Of a stretch of 64,000 bases of DNA, positions 26,788 to 40,068 are shown one piece after another (position 1 is the first letter of the stretch; every line of letters starts with the position of its first letter). The stretch is from the NCBI GenBank assembly GCA_964106915.2, contig OZ066922.1; one strand, given 5' to 3'. Under the pieces are notes generated by a model, which saw nothing but the letters and a program-made list of their open reading frames with translations, had not been told where the DNA came from and did not search any database. This DNA comes from Podarcis gaigeae (Eukaryota). The translations under genes were made by a program, and so were the position numbers.

Positions 26788-27010
26788 CAGTGGTACATCG
26801 GGTTACATATGCTTCAGGTTACAGACTCCGCTAACCCGCTTAACCCTCAGGTTAAGAACTTTGCTTCAGGATGAGAACAGAAATTGTGTTCCTGCGGTGT
26901 GGTGACAGCAGGAGGCCCCATTAGCTAAAGTGGTGCTTCAGGTTAAGAACAGTTTCAGGTTAAGAACGGACCTCCGGAACGAATTAAGTACTTAACCCGA
27001 GGTACCACTG
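26788..27010. mobile_element. Tc1/mariner MITE, family A
   Basis: TIRs CAGTGGTAC / GTACCACTG, TA TSD. Confidence 0.9.
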
Positions 27011-27425
27011 TATATACAACATGAGCCTATGATGGAGGGCCTCACAGGATTAACACCCCTGATGGCTGAAAGATACCATTCCAGGCAATTCTGAATTACC
27101 TGGGTTCCTTGGACTCCCATTTGTCCCCTTCAGGGTCACAGGAGCAGAGGAGACTGTGAGGCAGGCAGAAGCTTCATGGCCACTGACAAAGTGTACATGA
27201 GAGGCTACATGGGAGGAGGAGGAATTAAATGTAAGTATCTGCCCAGATCAAGACCTGGCAGAGAGCCAGGAAGGGCTATAGTCTCCAGCTGTCAGTCCAA
27301 GCTGTTTCACTGCTGAAGGAACAGATCCCTTGGCCACCCAAGCTCCAATAGCAAAGCCTGGATAAAACAAGAAAACAGAACATGGTCCCATAATCCTAGG
27401 TGTACTGGGGTACAATGTCTTAACT

Positions 27426-27493
27426 TGTTGTTGTTGTTTAGTCGTTTAGTCATGTCCGACTCTTCGTGACCCCATGGACCACAGCACGCCAGG
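27426..27493 (-). mobile_element. BovB extreme 3' end (68 bp)
   Basis: Reverse complement of the 3' end of the 24011-24529 copy with (CAA)n tail; TSD CTTAACT. Confidence 0.88.
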
Positions 27494-29025
27494 CTTAACT
27501 AGCGGTGAATAAAATACTGTCTGAATATATTCATTGGCACTCTGTTTTTATTGCTTCACATGGGCAAGCATTCAGCCCTGGCATTTAAAACTAAATTCAA
27601 AACTGAAATCTGGAAAGTTGTGACTCAGGTTGGCTCTCTATGCACTTTTGATGAAATTTCTGATCTAATTGGCACATTCAGGTTGTCATATCTCACTGTC
27701 GGCCCAGCTCTCCAGTTTCATAAAATACTTGCATTGCTATTAGTGTAAATACTTTAGTTGCTTATTTTGAAAGAGTAAGAATTATCTACCTAGATGGACA
27801 GATTATGTTTTTTGTAGCTCAACTACAAAATATTATTTATGAATTAATGCAATATGCTTTAACTACAGGCAACAACATCTGAGTTTAAAGCTAAACTAGC
27901 TGCCAACATAATGAGCATATGCTTAATTTTCCTACTAATAAATAATTCCACAAGACACAGAGTCTAATGAATCTCACAGACTAGGTAATTGTCATTTCAT
28001 AGGGGTAAAAATAAAGGCTCTCAGGAAATGCAAAAACAAAACTGGATCATTTCAGAGTATGACAAAATAATACAGAAATAAACGCAAACAAAAAATTAAT
28101 AGAACACAAATGAGTGATAACCATTTGGTGTTGCAAATATTCAAATAGCTTCTGTGTTATATATTAGTTAATGGAAATAGGTTTTAGAGTAGAAATAATA
28201 CGAATTTTCTTTCTTTAGCTGAAAATATCCTTGCTTTTTTAGAAATACATACATATACAAAACATAAACAGCGGGCATAGAGCAACATCTTATTCTTCTA
28301 ACTTCAAATATGTTATACCTTTATAAATCTTGTATAGATGCAGGTGAACATTGAATATCAATATGTAGGCCATGTTGGTCTGCAAGACCAAACTGCACGG
28401 TTTTGATCAAATGGTCTATGACAAAAGGGGCTGCTGTGTACCAAAACTTGATAGTTTCTAGTTGCAATCACTAGAATGCCGGTAAGGAACGTAAAACATT
28501 AAAAAAACAAACTGCCCACCAGCTGTGAATAACGACACAGGCACAGTGATTTTGACAGATTAGGTCAGAACAAATCTGTCATCGGTGAAAATATTCACTC
28601 TGCCTAGCCATGACAGATGCCAAACTTTGCAATCTTCTTCACAGGCTGTACATCTGATTCTACTTTGCTTGATGCTTCAGGTACAATGCAGCTGGAGAGA
28701 CAAATATGTGTGAAGTGACATTTACCTGGCTGCCATGACATTGTATAATGATTTTCTTGCCCTCCAGTGACAATATTGCAGAACTAACTGTGATTATCTA
28801 TGTGAGGGATGGGGAACCTCAGACCTGGGGGCTGAATGCCATCCTCCATGACTGTGTATCCTGCCCTCTGGAATCTTCTCAGGCCACACTCACTTTCCCC
28901 AGTTCATCTCTCTCACTCATTCTGCTTTGCACCCTCAAATACTTTGCTTGGCTGCAGTGTGTCAGTTAACTGTGATAATGCATCTTGTTTGCCTGGATAC
29001 AGGGCAGAAAGATGTACTGGTTCTA

Positions 29026-29057
<32 letters not shown>
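29026..29057. repeat. (TAG)n microsatellite
   Basis: Directly visible. Confidence 0.95.
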
Positions 29058-32000
29058 ATTTATTTATACCCTGCCCTATAGAAACTGCTGACACTTGTGT
29101 GGCTGGAATAATAGCCAACTGTACAAAAGTAAAAGTCACATTCAAAACTCTGCCTCCTTTTGCCTGCATATCCTCACCCAGTTTTGCTCTGGCTCCATTT
29201 ACCATTAGCATGCACTGTACGAAACTTTCTGTTTCATTGTGGCTCTTGTGTTTACATTTTACCTATCTGAAAAGTGATGCCACCGTTTAATTCTAAAAAT
29301 CATTGTTGTTAGGAAAAATAAGAAAATGTTTTCTTAGCCTTTTAATGTATATTATATAATTTAGCAGAGCAGCTTGTAAAATTCTGAAGGCTGAAAAAAT
29401 TCTGAGAATCTTGTTAATGAATTATGAATTCATCTATAAATTGAACTGAAAAAGGATTAATTCCATTTTGGAGAGGGTGAAATATAACTAATTTCTTTTT
29501 TAAATGATCCCTCTAAATACCGCTCCCTATGCACAGAAGTATGTTCATATGCTTTTTTTTTAACACATTGACTTATGGTGTTAATTTACCTGCATTAAAT
29601 GGTCTGAGAAAGTGCCCAAATTCATTAGTGAGTATGAAGACAGAGCAAAAGGTAATGATAATGTCAGACTAATTAATTCAGAGTAAAATAATGTGAGGTT
29701 GTCAACAACCCTTTAGAGAGTAGACGGTCAAAACATGGATACACTAGAAGAGAGCACTAACTGGGTAGAACCTCGTCACCTCCAAATATTATAATTTCCA
29801 GCATTATATGTAGTTTATCACTGAATCAAGTGAGATAGCACTGCATTGATTTGACATTTGGAGGATTACATTTATGCTGAGAAGGCTCACAACTATTGTC
29901 ATATTAATGGCTGCATAAATGCTAAACAATTATATGCTGCCACGGGAGTTTTGAGAATGCATGTGCTGCAGTGCCAGCTTATGGGAATTTGGCACAATGT
30001 TACAATTCCAACTCTCCACCTGAGAATAGTACCAATTTCTGTATAACCACAGATTCCCTAAACGAGGGCATATGCACTGGGAAATCATTTAGAACTTGCT
30101 TGATATATAGCCAACAAAACAAATAACTGGCTTTTTCAGCCTCTGGACATTAAAATCTTTCTTATCAAACTAGAAGCAAACAATGATGCTTCTTTCTGAT
30201 CTGGATATAGGTAAACCTCATACCCATAATCTTTTCACAGATACTAGTGTACTTTTAACACACTGTTGCCTCACCAAGATCCAATATTACAAACTTATGA
30301 AGTCTCATCTCTGTCTGCTATGCTGCTTCTTTAACAGTGGCTTCATCACAGCCCATTTCTGATCATTGCAGATTACACTGCTGAAAAAGGCACAACCATA
30401 GAGGCCAACTGGAAAGTTGGCAAGCCAAGCTGTAGGTTTTAATCTTCTTTTGTAAAGGGTGTTGTGCTCTGGTTTCTGAAAGAGGATATATTAGTAAACT
30501 GCCCATAGTAATTCATTTTAATTGTCAGTTTGCTTAACATAGTGAAAAGAAAGCTGGTGAATCCTAATTTTTTATTCAAAACTGGTCTTTAAGAGGCAAA
30601 ACAGGTACAAAGATTTATCAGTGACAGCTTCCAGAACTACCTCTGATAAATAGGAACACTCATATGGTATGAATTCTCAGTTAATCTGTATACTTGCATT
30701 TTTCAGATTCCTAAAGATTTCTCTTGAAGGAAACATCATATTTGTATCCTTCAAGTGTTGGTCCCACAGTTCTCTTGATGTGCATTAAAAAAAAATCATT
30801 TGGCAAAGCATAGATTCTCTTAACTAAAATACTTCCTTCGTGTGCTTGTTCAAAGCTGCCAGCACAGAAAAGCATCAAGCCCAGAGTCCTACTAACCAAA
30901 ATAAATGTTCTCTTAAATAACAAACAGCAACATTTCCTTAACTAATTTACAGGGGCAAAGGAGCTCAAATCTCACTGTGAAGGTAGTGTGATGTCGCTAT
31001 GGGGCTATGAGTTATAGGGGGGGGGGGTAATTCTTCATTACTGCTAATGGGGACTCCTCTCCCCAAGGCTCATATCAGGGTTGTGTACTGAAGATACTCA
31101 CTCCTATCTCAGCGCGGGGAGTGAAGCAATAAGCCTCTCCATACCACATGCATTCACAGTGATACACGTTTCCCTGCACGCTAATGAAAGATAAGTTACG
31201 TAGGAACAAAGTCTTCTTGCCTTCTCCCTCCCATTTAAGGTCTGGCTTGCCATCTCTTTCATCAGAGCTAGGTTTCTCAAGCATCACTTCAGATCAGATT
31301 TTCCAAACTACGTACATTCTTCCCCCAGGCCAGATTAGGAAAATGATTCCCCCACCCACACTCTCAAAATTTTCTGATATGAGCTGAACCATTCAGTCCT
31401 GTCTTGGTTGCAGAATCTGGGGTGCATAGTTATTTTTAATGTGAAAGAGTGTGAGTCAGGCAGGAAAGCGCAAGCCAAATATATGAATTAGAGCTCAATT
31501 CAATATTCAATTATTGTTAGTGTCTTCTATAGGATTTCAAAGGGATAAATATTCTGCCCTCCCCTCCCCTGCACTGAACACATCACACTTAAATTCTTCC
31601 CTTCTGGTACCTCTAAAAAAAAGACCCCAATTTTTGTAATTTATCAAGAACAAGAAACATTCTAGGAAATCACAATCTCATCAGTGGAATGCTATAAGGA
31701 CAGAAGTTCAAAGTGCCAAACTGGCACTGAAATTCTACCAGTTAGACATGCTTATCACTGAGAATGTAACATAAGGCACTGGGAAAATTTTTAGTGAATG
31801 AAAAGAAATGTCAAAACAGAGGAAAGCAAACACCGCTTTTAAGATGATCTTAAGTTATTTAGACAAAAGCACAAAACTGGACAAAAGCCATTTTCCCAGA
31901 CCAAACAGATTATCTTTATAGCTGGAGCTGTTGCTTAAGCCACAGAGAAAGTTTTAAGTAGGCATGTTTTGGATTCCATCCATTTTCATTCTTGATTGCT

Positions 32001-32641
32001 TCCAGCACTCACCAAACTCCTTTTACAAATTTTCTTTTCTACCAAGTATTGCCTTGATACAACACAGCTCGCTCTATCATATCTTTTAAACTACTGTGTT
32101 CCAGCTGGTATAATGATTTCATCCTCACTGCATTGCACCACAGTCTTAATCTTATGTCTAGTTAAATTTAATGAATGCCACCCAAACATTCTTTAAACAA
32201 CATTTACAACAAGAAGATCAAAGTGCACTATAAAACTGGACAGTTGGTCCAAAACGAAAAGGGAGAATATTATGCAAATACACTTTATAGACATTTCAAG
32301 CAATTCATCCTTAGGTATTTTTTGAATTATTCATCAGAAACAGACTAAATATTTCGCAGATTTAGACAAACTTATCTAGCCAAAAAAGAAGATGTTAGAG
32401 AGCTAGAAACATATGTGGCACTGCCAAACACATGGGGAATAGTTTAGTGCCAAGAAGCCCCACATGCCACAGAGCTTCTCCTACAAACGTATCATCTGGC
32501 TGTAGAATCTCACACCATAATGGATTCCCAATTAAGCCTGCACACCTCAGGGTTATACTGCAGGCAGTGTTTCTACCCAGGAAAGACTACACTGCTCTTG
32601 GGCTCCAACTGGATGAGCATGTGAGGGGACAGTACTTGGGA

Positions 32642-32654
32642 GTTGCCTAGCAAT
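32642..32654. promoter_or_regulatory. RFX X-box-like motif
   Basis: GTTGCCTAGCAAT, near-palindromic match to the RFX consensus. Confidence 0.35.
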
Positions 32655-33110
32655 TGCATCATATCCACTCTTTCCTATACTTCCGGCATCTTGCTTAGCG
32701 TGCTCATCTGGCAATTTCAAGAACGAAAATCATCTTCTCCCTTTTGCTCTGAAGAATTTGTCTTTTGTACGGTAAATTATCCTGAGAGTCTTGAATAGAC
32801 TTTGGCCACATAAGTACTGCTCTTGTCTGTGGCCATGAGGCAGATACCAAATAACAACCAGGCCAAAACAGAGCAAGAGCCGAGGGGGCCTACTCAGAAT
32901 TCCCTTGGGAGAGGCAAAGGGACCCTTTGGTAAAGATTATTGAAAGTGTGTGTGTGTGTGTGTGTTTTGAAATGGGACCTATATTTTCGACTTGACCAGG
33001 GCCTATTACCACCTTTGCACAGCCATGATAACACCAGCTATTACATGACCAAAATGATCTATGTCATATGACCTCCATACCACCTAGATAATTTTATGAG
33101 GTGATTAATA

Positions 33111-33160
33111 AATATTATAATTATAATAATAATAATAATAACAACAACAACAACAATAAT
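33111..33160. repeat. (AAT)n(AAC)n microsatellite
   Basis: Directly visible. Confidence 0.9.
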
Positions 33161-33859
33161 GCTGTTTTGTAAATCATCCAGGTGGGATATGCAGGCATGT
33201 GAAAGTGACACTCTGCAGGGTCTAATGAGGTAGCAATTTGTTATTGCACCAATAGTACCCCACATTTCTGCCATTTTGGGGGGTTCACATAGCTGGATGC
33301 TAAGCTTACCACTGTTCTTCAAATGTGTCCTTACACACCAAGTTGCAAAAGATGATCTACATCCAGCAAGCACTCTAAGTTATGTCAGTGAATGTATGAA
33401 CATAACTCTTTGGGCCCGAAAGAAAAGTACTTTTAAATATATATCTAGACTCATTTAATCTGTGTCGTTTTGGGTGATTTCAGCAGGACCTTTGAGGCAA
33501 ATGACATGGCCTCTAAACTCTGACAGAGATTATCTGTAGTTAAGACCAATTTTTATCCCCACCTAGTTAGATAAAGAAATGATTCAATACAATTTAAAAT
33601 CAACTAGTGTTGCCAAGTGATTATTTGTATAATGTCACTGATTTGTAACATTTTGCTGCCAGCAGTCGTGATATGTGTGGTGAGTAAGTGGCTGTATTAA
33701 GATGCTAATATTTTTAAATAAAAAGTAAAGTGAAGAGAAAGTGAAGATAAAATCTGTCTTCTGTAGAAACATATGTTCAGTAATCTGGAAATATTTCCCC
33801 CCAAAGGGAAAGCACACAGGCATGCTGAAGTAACTTTTTATGCTGGTCTGCTCACTTAC

Positions 33860-34018
33860 CTCCTCTGTTGAGTCAGTTGTGGAAAGATTGCGTAGATGCA
33901 AAGCTCAATTAGTGTAATTTATGTATCCTTGGATGTCAATCACTGCTGTTGAGAGGTGGGACTCGCAGGGACCCTGTGCATTAATTAAGAGCTCATCTCT
34001 GCAGAGTTCTCTTTCCAC
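33860..34018 (-). other. Candidate 159-nt cassette exon with stops in all frames
   Basis: Acceptor CTTTTTCGTCCTTAG|G and donor GAG|GTAAGT, in non-repetitive sequence. Confidence 0.35.
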
Positions 34019-37000
34019 CTAAGGACGAAAAAGTAGGTTTTAATTAGATTCGAAAAGACAGCATGTCACAAGCAAAATAATAAAATTATTTAGCTGAAAC
34101 TTCAATAAGGATGAGAAAGAAAACATTATTAACACAAATACCATGTTAATGCAATGAATCTCCTGCTCATATTCAAGTGCAATAGCTAAAGAAGTAGTTT
34201 CTTCATATGAAGTTAATTTTGCCTGAAAGCATTTGTGTCTAAGTTCTATAGTAGTACTCATGTTTTCACTGGCTAGCCTAGATGCCAGCTTTATTATTGG
34301 GCCCCTGCCTAATTATTGATGCTAAGCTGATGCTGATTGAGTGCAATTACACTGCTGTAGTTTGAGGGTATTTCTCTCTGATGGCCAGCTTTTTCTTTCA
34401 ATGCTACCCTGAGGCTGAATATGCAATGGGCAAAACAATGCAAACTCAGCAAAGGGGAGTGAAGAGACTTACACAACACATCCTTTTCATTGGCTGAGTG
34501 ATGAACGAAATGTGCAATTGCTGGCTGGCCCTCAAAACTCTGGCACTCAAGAGAGGTTGGAAACTAGCTGGGCTCACCAGTGTCAGCTGCTTCAGAGACG
34601 CCTGTCTCTTCGAATGGCCTGTGTGAGGGCTATCAACTATTCTGCTTAGGACTCACATGGGAAATGATAGCTAAATAATTGATTATAACATTTATAAATT
34701 GAAGGAGGCAAAACAAATTTTAAAAGCTGGTCCAGACTCTAGAAAATAAACATGTCAGCTAATAGCTCATATGTAGCAAACAAGAGGGGTGGGGGGAGAA
34801 ATTAAAATGCATTTACATTTGGAAAGAGAGGAACAAATTATTTAGTCACTGGCCAAAACCAAACTAAACCAGGGGCATTAAAAGACCTTAAAAACAAGAA
34901 GAGCAGTAAGAGTAAAATTCAGGAATAATAATCTGGTAGTTAGAAGTAAAAGAGGATTTCAGCCCTGAAATATTACAGACAGCTGAGAACAGAAGCCAAA
35001 GTACACAGTGTACCCTTTACATGACATAATTAATAATAATTATAAAGGCAGTTGTTTCAGGGAGACATAGCACAATAGGAAGATGCGTCAGAATGTGGAA
35101 TAGATTAACTAGCTGCCCTAAAATAACAGAATACAAGTTCTTCATTGCCATTGTATTTCACAGTCACACTATTAAAAAGCAAGGATGTTTTGGGAAACAT
35201 GACCATTGTGTACGTTATAAATTTACTACCTAAAGAGTGTACCAGATATATACCGAATAACAGCTGCAGAGCTGACAGAACAAAATGCAGGTACTCTGTA
35301 ACAACTCCTTCTACCCCGATAGTAAGGGTCAGGCCGAAAAGTTTGTCCATCCCCAACCTCACTCACAACCCCCACCTTTCCCCAAGTCACTACTAGGGCA
35401 ACTATGGAACAGGTCTTTCTAAATACATTTTCAGAGATGTGAATGTTTTCTTGGGGACACTTTTATATTATTTATTTATTTCATTAAAATTTATACACTG
35501 CTTGATTGTAAAAACCTCAAAGAGGTTAACAAAAGATAAAACAAGAAAGATTTGCAAATTCATTCTAAACTAGATACAGTTGGCTTTGGGAATCTTCAGG
35601 GATGGTTCAGAATGAGCTTTCCCAGTATCATCTATCCCTCCCTGTCTCCATTTGAACAGGCATTACTTCCATGTATATAGCTTGGATATCTGCATGAGGT
35701 TTAATAGAGTCGTATGTGGCTAAGATCCCTCTGAATACTAGGGGATCTGTGTTTCGCTATTGAGTTTTGGGCATGGAGCTTTTAAGCATGGAACTGCACC
35801 TGGAAAGAGAGGGGCAAACAGTAAGTATGGATAAGCCCTGACACACCCACAGTTTGTTATGAGTAGTTAGCATCCGGCACCTGGTTCCCTATTGCAGTTC
35901 CGTGTTGTGTTAAAATTAATAAATGTGGTCCAGTTCATCCAACCTTTGTGTCTAGCATCCTTATTTCTATGTGAGGTCACAGAAAGGATGTGGCTATTGG
36001 GAATCAGTATCCCAGGTAAGTGAGATAGGAAATGGCACACTGCGTTTAGCTCACTAGCAGTTTATAAGCATAACTCTGGATAAGACCAAATGTCCTGATC
36101 AGGAAAGTATCTTAATGTTAGTACATGTCCAGAGTGCTTCAGCTCTGGAAATAAAGGCACAAATTAAATGCAGTTTTTAACAACTGATCTAGTCCTGATC
36201 TAGTCACAATTACCAACAAAGAACAAAACCTTGTTTACAGCTATATCTTGATTTGTTCACGATAATCATGCACTGATTAATACAGGTGAATACAGGGGGT
36301 TATAGTACAGTTTGAGAAAGCTCTAAATCTCAAAGACTTAAGAGGGCTTCAGATGGTTTCATCCCAGGAGTGGTCACATTCAAAACAGAGAGTGCTTCTG
36401 AATAATTAAGGCCAACTGGGGAGAAAAGTCAACCACAGGAGCAGCCTTTCGGAGCCAAATGGAGTTTCTGTAACCTGAAAGATTTAGTAATCCACAGCCT
36501 TGTTGTTCCTTACATAGGCAAACAATGTGGTGGAAACATCCAATGATCCTGGTACATAGCAACCAAATGTATGCCTTACTTCCACACTATTTCTTGACTG
36601 CAACAAACTCAGTGACACATACCACCACTGGTAACAAAATGGGGCAGGGAAAAACAGAAGGGTAGCTCTCTCTAAAATGTTTTTGTGTACCCAATATCCC
36701 TTTCTCTATCGCCTGTGATTTTCTTTACACACAGACACGGTAGGTGGTTTTTATTTCAACGTGGAAAGGTGTGCCAGTGGTTTGTCATTTTAACTTATAT
36801 TGAGAGCCTTGTTATCTGCAGCTTCCTGCTAGTAATATTTAGCACAATTCATGTCAGTTGTATCCCTTGATTAAGAGTATGACAAGAATGAGAAACACAT
36901 CAACCTGCAGAACCGACAGAAAATCTTTGTTCTTCTAAACAAAGATATGAATTTTATAACCATTTAAACTGCTGTCATTCCACAGGGGACAATGTCAACG

Positions 37001-37936
37001 TCGGAACCAAGTTACGAATTACACATTAGCAGCAGGTTGCCTTTTCAGCCCTTCCCTTCATGTTTCCTTCTGAACCCACACTCTGAGTTTTGGCTTTGGA
37101 AGCAAGCCAGAAAAACAGAACTAACTTAAACAATAAAATCTCGATGATCTACTGAACTGTAACTGAGATTTGCGACCTGCTTTGAGGCGAATCAAATCCA
37201 GCAACAAAACTCCTTACACACGGCTATCAGCAAGTGCCTGGCAGAATGTCAACACAGTGGTACTAAATATTCTAAATGACTCATGCTGGGAACCATTGGA
37301 CATCATGTGCTGCCATGAAATAATTATAAGAAGTAGATGGATTCATCTCAATGTACTTTTGTCACATGAAAGAAATATGCCTACTAGCCTGATATGTGTC
37401 TTGACCACAGAAATTCCTTGTGTGGTACAATAGATATTGTAAATCCTTTCATACAAAAATAAGGAACATTGAGAGATTTGATAAAGCAATGGTTGCCATT
37501 CAGAAGTATTTGAATACATGAATGAAACATTTTTTGGGGATGATTACTGTCATGCTCTTCTCATTATATCATTTTACTAGGAATTCTCCTTCTCAGTTTT
37601 TTATTGGAGATCACAGTATTCTATTCATTCCTATCTTCCTGAAACTCACTAGCATAGCCTGACACACCTTTAGGAAACATTGCTTTTAATGACATTTAGA
37701 AAGAAATGCCACAGTGTGTTGCACTTTTTCATGCAAGACATTTCCACCCTTGGTACTGTGATGGCTTGCCCTGCTCATACATGATTGACTTGGGGCAGTA
37801 ATGAGCAGTCTGAGCTGAGGCAAAAGTGGAGATGCAGTGGGAGGAGGAACAAAGTGAAGGCATTTGTGCAAATCTCTCTTTATTGCTCACTGGTGAGCAA
37901 ACCGGACATAAAAGTACTTTAAAAGAGCAGGAAGCA

Positions 37937-40052
37937 ACTTCCGGGGTGGCGCCTTCGGCAATGGCTGCCTCCCTCTGAACTGGAGGGATCCGCGAAACGG
38001 GTCGCATCCGCTACGGCGAAGCGGGGACCCCTTAAAAAATCACAGGTGGACAAAGCCTGTGACCATGGGACTCGGTGGGCACCTTTAGCGCCCCCCCAAC
38101 CCGCAAAGGAACCCATTAACGGGCTCCGAAGTGAAGAGGGGGAGGAGGCGCGGTGCTGTGAGTCTACTGCTTTTTCCGTGGAGCGAAGCCGCATTGTCGT
38201 TGCCGGAGAGTGCTGCTTTTTTCCTGGACAATTTGGCATCTAAAGAATCATCCGTGAGTACTTAAAATTCGAACAACTGGATCTTAAATAAGGACTGGCC
38301 AGTAGAGAAGAATTGGACTCAAAATTTATTTCAATTTGGTACTGAAACGGGAAGGTCTATACAGGAAGTCAGCCTTCCATTTCTTTGTAGTCAGAACAAA
38401 GCAAAGACAACGTAAACTAGAGCTCAGAAAATTACCTTTAAAGGATTGACTTTCATCATTTAAAATTGTGGAACCCCCCCTTCGGTGGCAGGAAAAGAAG
38501 GGGGATTCTTTTTGGGACTGTTTAAACCTGCAGAAGTGAGTTTAAAGTAAAGTAACTTTCCACCGTCCTGATCCTGGAGCGGAGTGTCAGGACTGACGTT
38601 TGAAGCTCATTGACCAGAGACAAATGCTATTGACAGATAGTTAAAAGAAAAGTAACATAGGGATTCCATTGTTTCTTTTCGCATTTTAAAGGAACAATAT
38701 TATCTTAAAAAAGAAACTTTGTTGCTATTGTTCTTAAAAGTAAGAAGATTTCCCCCTAGAGGGAGACTGTGAAATTGTAACCAACTTCAGGAGCTTGCAG
38801 CTGTTACAGATTACAATCGTGGGAAAGGACTTGTGACCTTGTAGAACAATGTCTCCAGAAGCGCGGTTGGGCGCTCTCTACAAAATAAATGCCCTGCTGG
38901 ACCAGTTAGGGCAGAAGATGGATATGGTGACTAACGTGGTTAGAAACTTCGAACAGGCAATTGGAAAGTATGCGGAGCCTACCCAGGAACTAAAACAGGA
39001 GTGTGATATGACAGCACAGATGAGAGAAGAGGATATTGCTGAATCCGGGGTGTCAGAAATGGAGGGAGTTATGGCCCTGCAGGATTATGAGCCTTTGGAT
39101 TTGATAAATGAATTTGGAAAAAATCAGATTTGGAAAAATAAAGTTTGGTTTGGTTTGGAAATGGGGGGTTGGATTGACCCTCCCATGCAGGAATATTTGG
39201 ACTCTCTGAGTCTGGAAATGGGCCGTCAGATGTGTGGACTGGTGGGGGCTCTTAATTTTGGAGGGAATCTGAAACAGGTGTTTAAACATTACATGGAGTT
39301 TTGTCCGGATTATGGAAATGGGGCTGATCTGCTGAAAAGGGTCAAAAATATTATTAAGCTGGAGTTCTCACGAGTGAAAGGAAAATATGAAGAAGAATCG
39401 TGGTGGGGACATGGAAGAGGCTTGAGGGCCTCTGACATAAGGGCACCAGGTTAATGCGCTAGGTTAATGGGACAAAAAGGACTGACAAAATCCGGGGCCA
39501 GGAGGAAGGACGCTGGGTGAAGATTGGACTTTTCTATATTCCTTTTTTTTCCCCTTTTGTTATTAAGATTGCTTTAAAAATAATTGATGAATGTTAGAAA
39601 AATGTTGAAATGGAATTATTTGGCTCTAGTAAAAATGTTTTAAAGAATTAGGTTAATGATATGGCTATGAGAAGTTGATAAAAATAAGATTTAAATTTTA
39701 AGTTTTAAGGCCTGCTATAAGATAAGATGAAAATAGATTAAGATAATGTAAGAAAATATAAGGATAAGGGATAATGTAAGGGTAAGGATTTGCTGTATCT
39801 GATTGGGTAAAGAGGAATACAAAAAAGGGAGGCGGAGGAAGTCAAGAAAGAAAGTTAATTAAGTATGAATTTGAAAGCTGGAGTTTTTATTTTCCTTTTT
39901 GTCGGGTGGAATTTTATCTTTCTTGTATTTTGTTTTTCGGACCTGTTTTATGTGTATTTTTGATTATGTTTTCTTTTTCTTTTCTTTTTTTGGTTGTTAT
40001 GTGTTTTTTCTTTTATAAAAGCTTAATAAATATATTTAAAAAATAAATAAAT
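37937..40052 (+). mobile_element. Non-autonomous L1-dependent retroelement (HAL1-like), apparently full length and young
   Basis: TTT/AAAA insertion site, TSD AAAAGAGCAGGAAG, CpG-rich 5' end with ACTTCCGG (ETS) and ATGGCTGCC (YY1-like) motifs, single long sense ORF, T-rich 3' UTR, AATAAA and (AAAT)n tail, no EN/RT. Confidence 0.75.
38849..39454 (+). CDS. 201-aa ORF of the HAL1-like element (N-terminal coiled-coil-like region; possible divergent ORF1p)
   Basis: Uninterrupted ATG-to-TAA ORF, the longest in the window; heptad-like LYKINALLDQLGQKMDMVTNVVRNFEQAI. Confidence 0.55.
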   Translation: MSPEARLGALYKINALLDQLGQKMDMVTNVVRNFEQAIGKYAEPTQELKQECDMTAQMREEDIAESGVSEMEGVMALQDYEPLDLINEFGKNQIWKNKVWFGLEMGGWIDPPMQEYLDSLSLEMGRQMCGLVGALNFGGNLKQVFKHYMEFCPDYGNGADLLKRVKNIIKLEFSRVKGKYEEESWWGHGRGLRASDIRAPG

Positions 40053-40068
40053 AAAAGAGCAGGAAGTA

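Noticed and set aside
26653-27418. Possible second solo LTR around the MITE
   Set aside because: Termini and TSD could not be established
39420-39454. DIRAPG* as a 2A ribosome-skipping motif
   Set aside because: Does not match D(V/I)ExNPGP and is followed by a stop
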